A DNA stretch of 64,000 bases. Source: Anthoceros angustus (Eukaryota > Plantae > Anthocerotophyta). The notes beneath the pieces are model-generated. The model saw only the letters and a program-made list of their open reading frames with translations, had not been told where the DNA came from and made no database searches. The stretch is from NCBI GenBank assembly GCA_010909165.1, contig MU008166.1, positions 1,054,001 to 1,118,000 of the forward strand, written 5' to 3'. Of the stretch, positions 61,373 to 64,000 are shown one piece after another. The position numbers and the translations under genes were made by a program. Within the stretch, counting starts at the first letter, position 1. Each line of letters starts with the position of its first letter.

Positions 61373-64000
61373 AGACATGGGTATGTCATCAGTCCATTTG
61401 ATTTCACTTTCTGTCCAAAAGTCCTAGTTGTGGCACCCCATCCAGTACTGATCCACCCAGGTGCTTAACTGGAGTTCTATGCCTTTGCTATCCAACTCAC
61501 CCAGCTCACATTTTTGAGTAGCCTGCGAGTATTGTATGCAATTTTAACATGCATAGATACTTAGAGGTTTCACTAATCACGATCTAAGATAGCGGGGTGT
61601 GTTAACCTTGATTAAGGGTTTGATCTAGCCACTAACCGCCTGGAGTGCATGCTGGACACACTCGATCCGGACGGAGCTACCAACCAAGTCCATCGAGCGA
61701 ATTCAAGTCCCACCAAGAGGAGAAGTGCGAACACTCGATTTTGGTACCACCGAAGGGCGGAGGAACCCAGCGACACAATCAACAATCTTTGAAGGATCAT
61801 GGTGGCAACACACAAGACACGTTAGTCTTGCCGGGACAACTCGGTGAGCGACGGGAGGACTTGTCTCTTGGAGTCGTCAAGATGGGAGGAGACAAGGATC
61901 GAATGGAGTTGTTCAGGCGGCACCTTGCCTGGAGGACTTCATCGAGAAATGCAGTGCGGTGTGTGCGGAGATGGAATTGAAGACCGGATACCGGCGATAC
62001 GCTTCATCCAAATGCCAAGTACTTGGGGATGAAGCATTGGCGTGCTATCGCGAGCAGGCGGCGGTTGTTGGCGGCGGAGGACCGGTGAGTAGCAGTTCAA
62101 GCTCGAAGGAACGGTCGACGGAGCGGTGGCACCGAGTGGGCACGATCCCATCGAAGAGATGTTTGACATCTTCCGGGGAGTTTCCTGCACGGATGAGAAG
62201 ATCTCCGGTGACACACTTCAAGATGAAGTCAGGCGAGGCTGAAGATGGCTTATCGAAGAATCGACCGGTTGATGCGTGACACCAAGATCATGAGTGACCG
62301 GTGCGTACTTGCAGGCATTGCCATATGCGCTGCGCAGGAAGGTGCAACAAGCGGTGCACAGCACGAAGGAGCAACATTACACTCTCAAGGAAGTGTACGA
62401 GATGGCTGACAAGATAGGGCCCGCTGATAATTTCTCTCGTGCTGTTGCAAGTGATTACTCCGGCACAAGTAGGAGTGGTGGACGACATGACCGACGCGGA
62501 GGTTAGAGTGGAGGAGCTCGGCGAGACAAGTCAGCCCACACAGCCCAAGTGACGAGCCCCTGCGTGAGGTGCCGAGGGACGGACCATTCCCCTCATGAGT
62601 GCGAGCATGCATTCGGAGGAGTCAAGGGTGAGGAGCCATGCCCTAGGTGTGGGAGGTACGGGCACAATGAAGCGGCATGTTGGGAGAAGCATCCGAATTG
62701 CGGCCTACGGGTTATCGGCAACCCGGCCAATGCATCTCAACCTCATCCACAAAATCGAAGAGCAAAGGCGCCGTGGAGGAGGCCGAGTCCGTGGACAAAG
62801 CGGGAAGCATCAAAGAAGGCGATGGACAGCTACGTGGCACGCAAAGCTGGAGAAGTTGGAAGGCGAAGATCAAGGAGAGCGGTTCATCATCGAGGACGAA
62901 GAAGATGAGCACAAGCTTGGATACATGGCGTGACCGGATCCAAGGGCAGGGAAGAAACCTCGCTACGAGAGAAGATAGCTCGGAGGAAGAGGATGTCTTG
63001 ACACCGGTCACGGAAGACACGGAAGGAAGCTTGGGGATCCTCTTCCGAACCTATGCCAAGATGCCAAAGTCGTTTGAGCCATTGCCAGGGGAACAGCGAG
63101 CAACATCAAAGTCCAGTGGGCGATGTGGAGAAACCCATGCAGATTCTTGGGAGCGATGGCACAAAAGCTTGGAGATGCCATGTTTGACCTACAAGACATG
63201 GGGTTGAGCGTGAAGGAAGTCGGGGTTTGACTCGGCGGATGTTGACAACCCTTGAAGACGAAGCAAGTGTCGACAATGTGCCTGGTGGCAATGATGTCAT
63301 TGACCTCGCCAAGCATCTCGTGGAGAAGCGGAATCTTTGCAGTGGGAGTGGCTTTGGTCAACAATCGGAGAGGCACATTGAAATCAATGGATTCGCACCA
63401 AGGAGGTGTTGATTGACAGAACGGTGATCGTTGGAAGAAGAGTGAAGGAAGCGTTGGGTCTCCACCAAGAAAGGTTGAAGGAAACCAAGTGGAAGATCCG
63501 GGCGGGGGACCACGGAGCATGTGTTGGGGTGACAAGGTACAAGCTGAAGGTTTCATTCAAACCAAACGGCTCAGACACCGGTACCTTTGCGTCAGATCGA
63601 CACTTTTGATGTCTTCTTTGGGAGCGGACGCTTTGTACAAACACAGAGTCATGGTGGATTTGTGGACGGAGCAGTCTACTATCGACCGGTGGAGAAAAAG
63701 AACCATGAGCATTGCCCGCATCCTCTCTGCATGGCAAGGATCATGAGAACCTCATTGCCAGCGTCTACCCGGTGTTTGGCGCCGTAGTGAAGGACACGCC
63801 ATACGTGCTTGAACCTCTTGGCGTGTGTCTAACAACGCCGACGATGGAGGATTTCGAGGAGGAGGACAAGCTAGGGTTGCAACCACCCTCGGAGGAGGTT
63901 CTTCAAGTCGGACGGAGTGGTGATGCAGCAATGAGCCGTGCAAAAGGTGGAGGATGGTGCAAGAGGACCCGGTGTCCTATGAGCCGGAGAACTGCTGTAA
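61373..64000 (+). mobile_element. Second tandem copy of the same Gypsy element (leader, gag, protease), running off the window just before the MTase
   Basis: Colinear with 53449-56104, with a different set of small indels. Intact knuckles CVRCRGTDHSPHEC and CPRCGRYGHNEAAC. Confidence 0.92.

Overview
Eukaryotic land-plant nuclear DNA. A bryophyte, probably a hornwort, is inferred from the short GT-AG introns, GC-rich microsatellite-laden intergenic DNA and PLS-class PPR genes; this is not proven. Host genes: the last exon of a stress-type NAC factor (1-1327), a 3-exon DnaJ-like zinc-finger gene (3142-4055), an intronless phosphoglycerate-mutase-like gene (16263-17159, minus), a 4-exon CUC/NAM-clade NAC (29693-31438), PLS-E+ PPR pseudogenes (42.8-45.9 kb, 48.2 kb) and 40S RPS16 (46336-46779). 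The right half is a transposon nest: a CRE-like non-LTR fragment, a truncated Copia, a partly duplicated PIF/Harbinger, an intron-containing Crypton-like tyrosine recombinase (minus, about 49.9-52.6 kb), and two tandem copies of a Ty3/Gypsy element. The most striking object is that Gypsy element. It encodes a DNMT3-type C5 cytosine methyltransferase between protease and RT, and a PHD finger after the integrase. A 5S rRNA-derived SINE-like repeat occurs twice. Several near-identical head-to-tail duplications have microhomology junctions, and many frameshifts are deletion-biased. These may be partly assembly or consensus error, so pseudogene calls are provisional.
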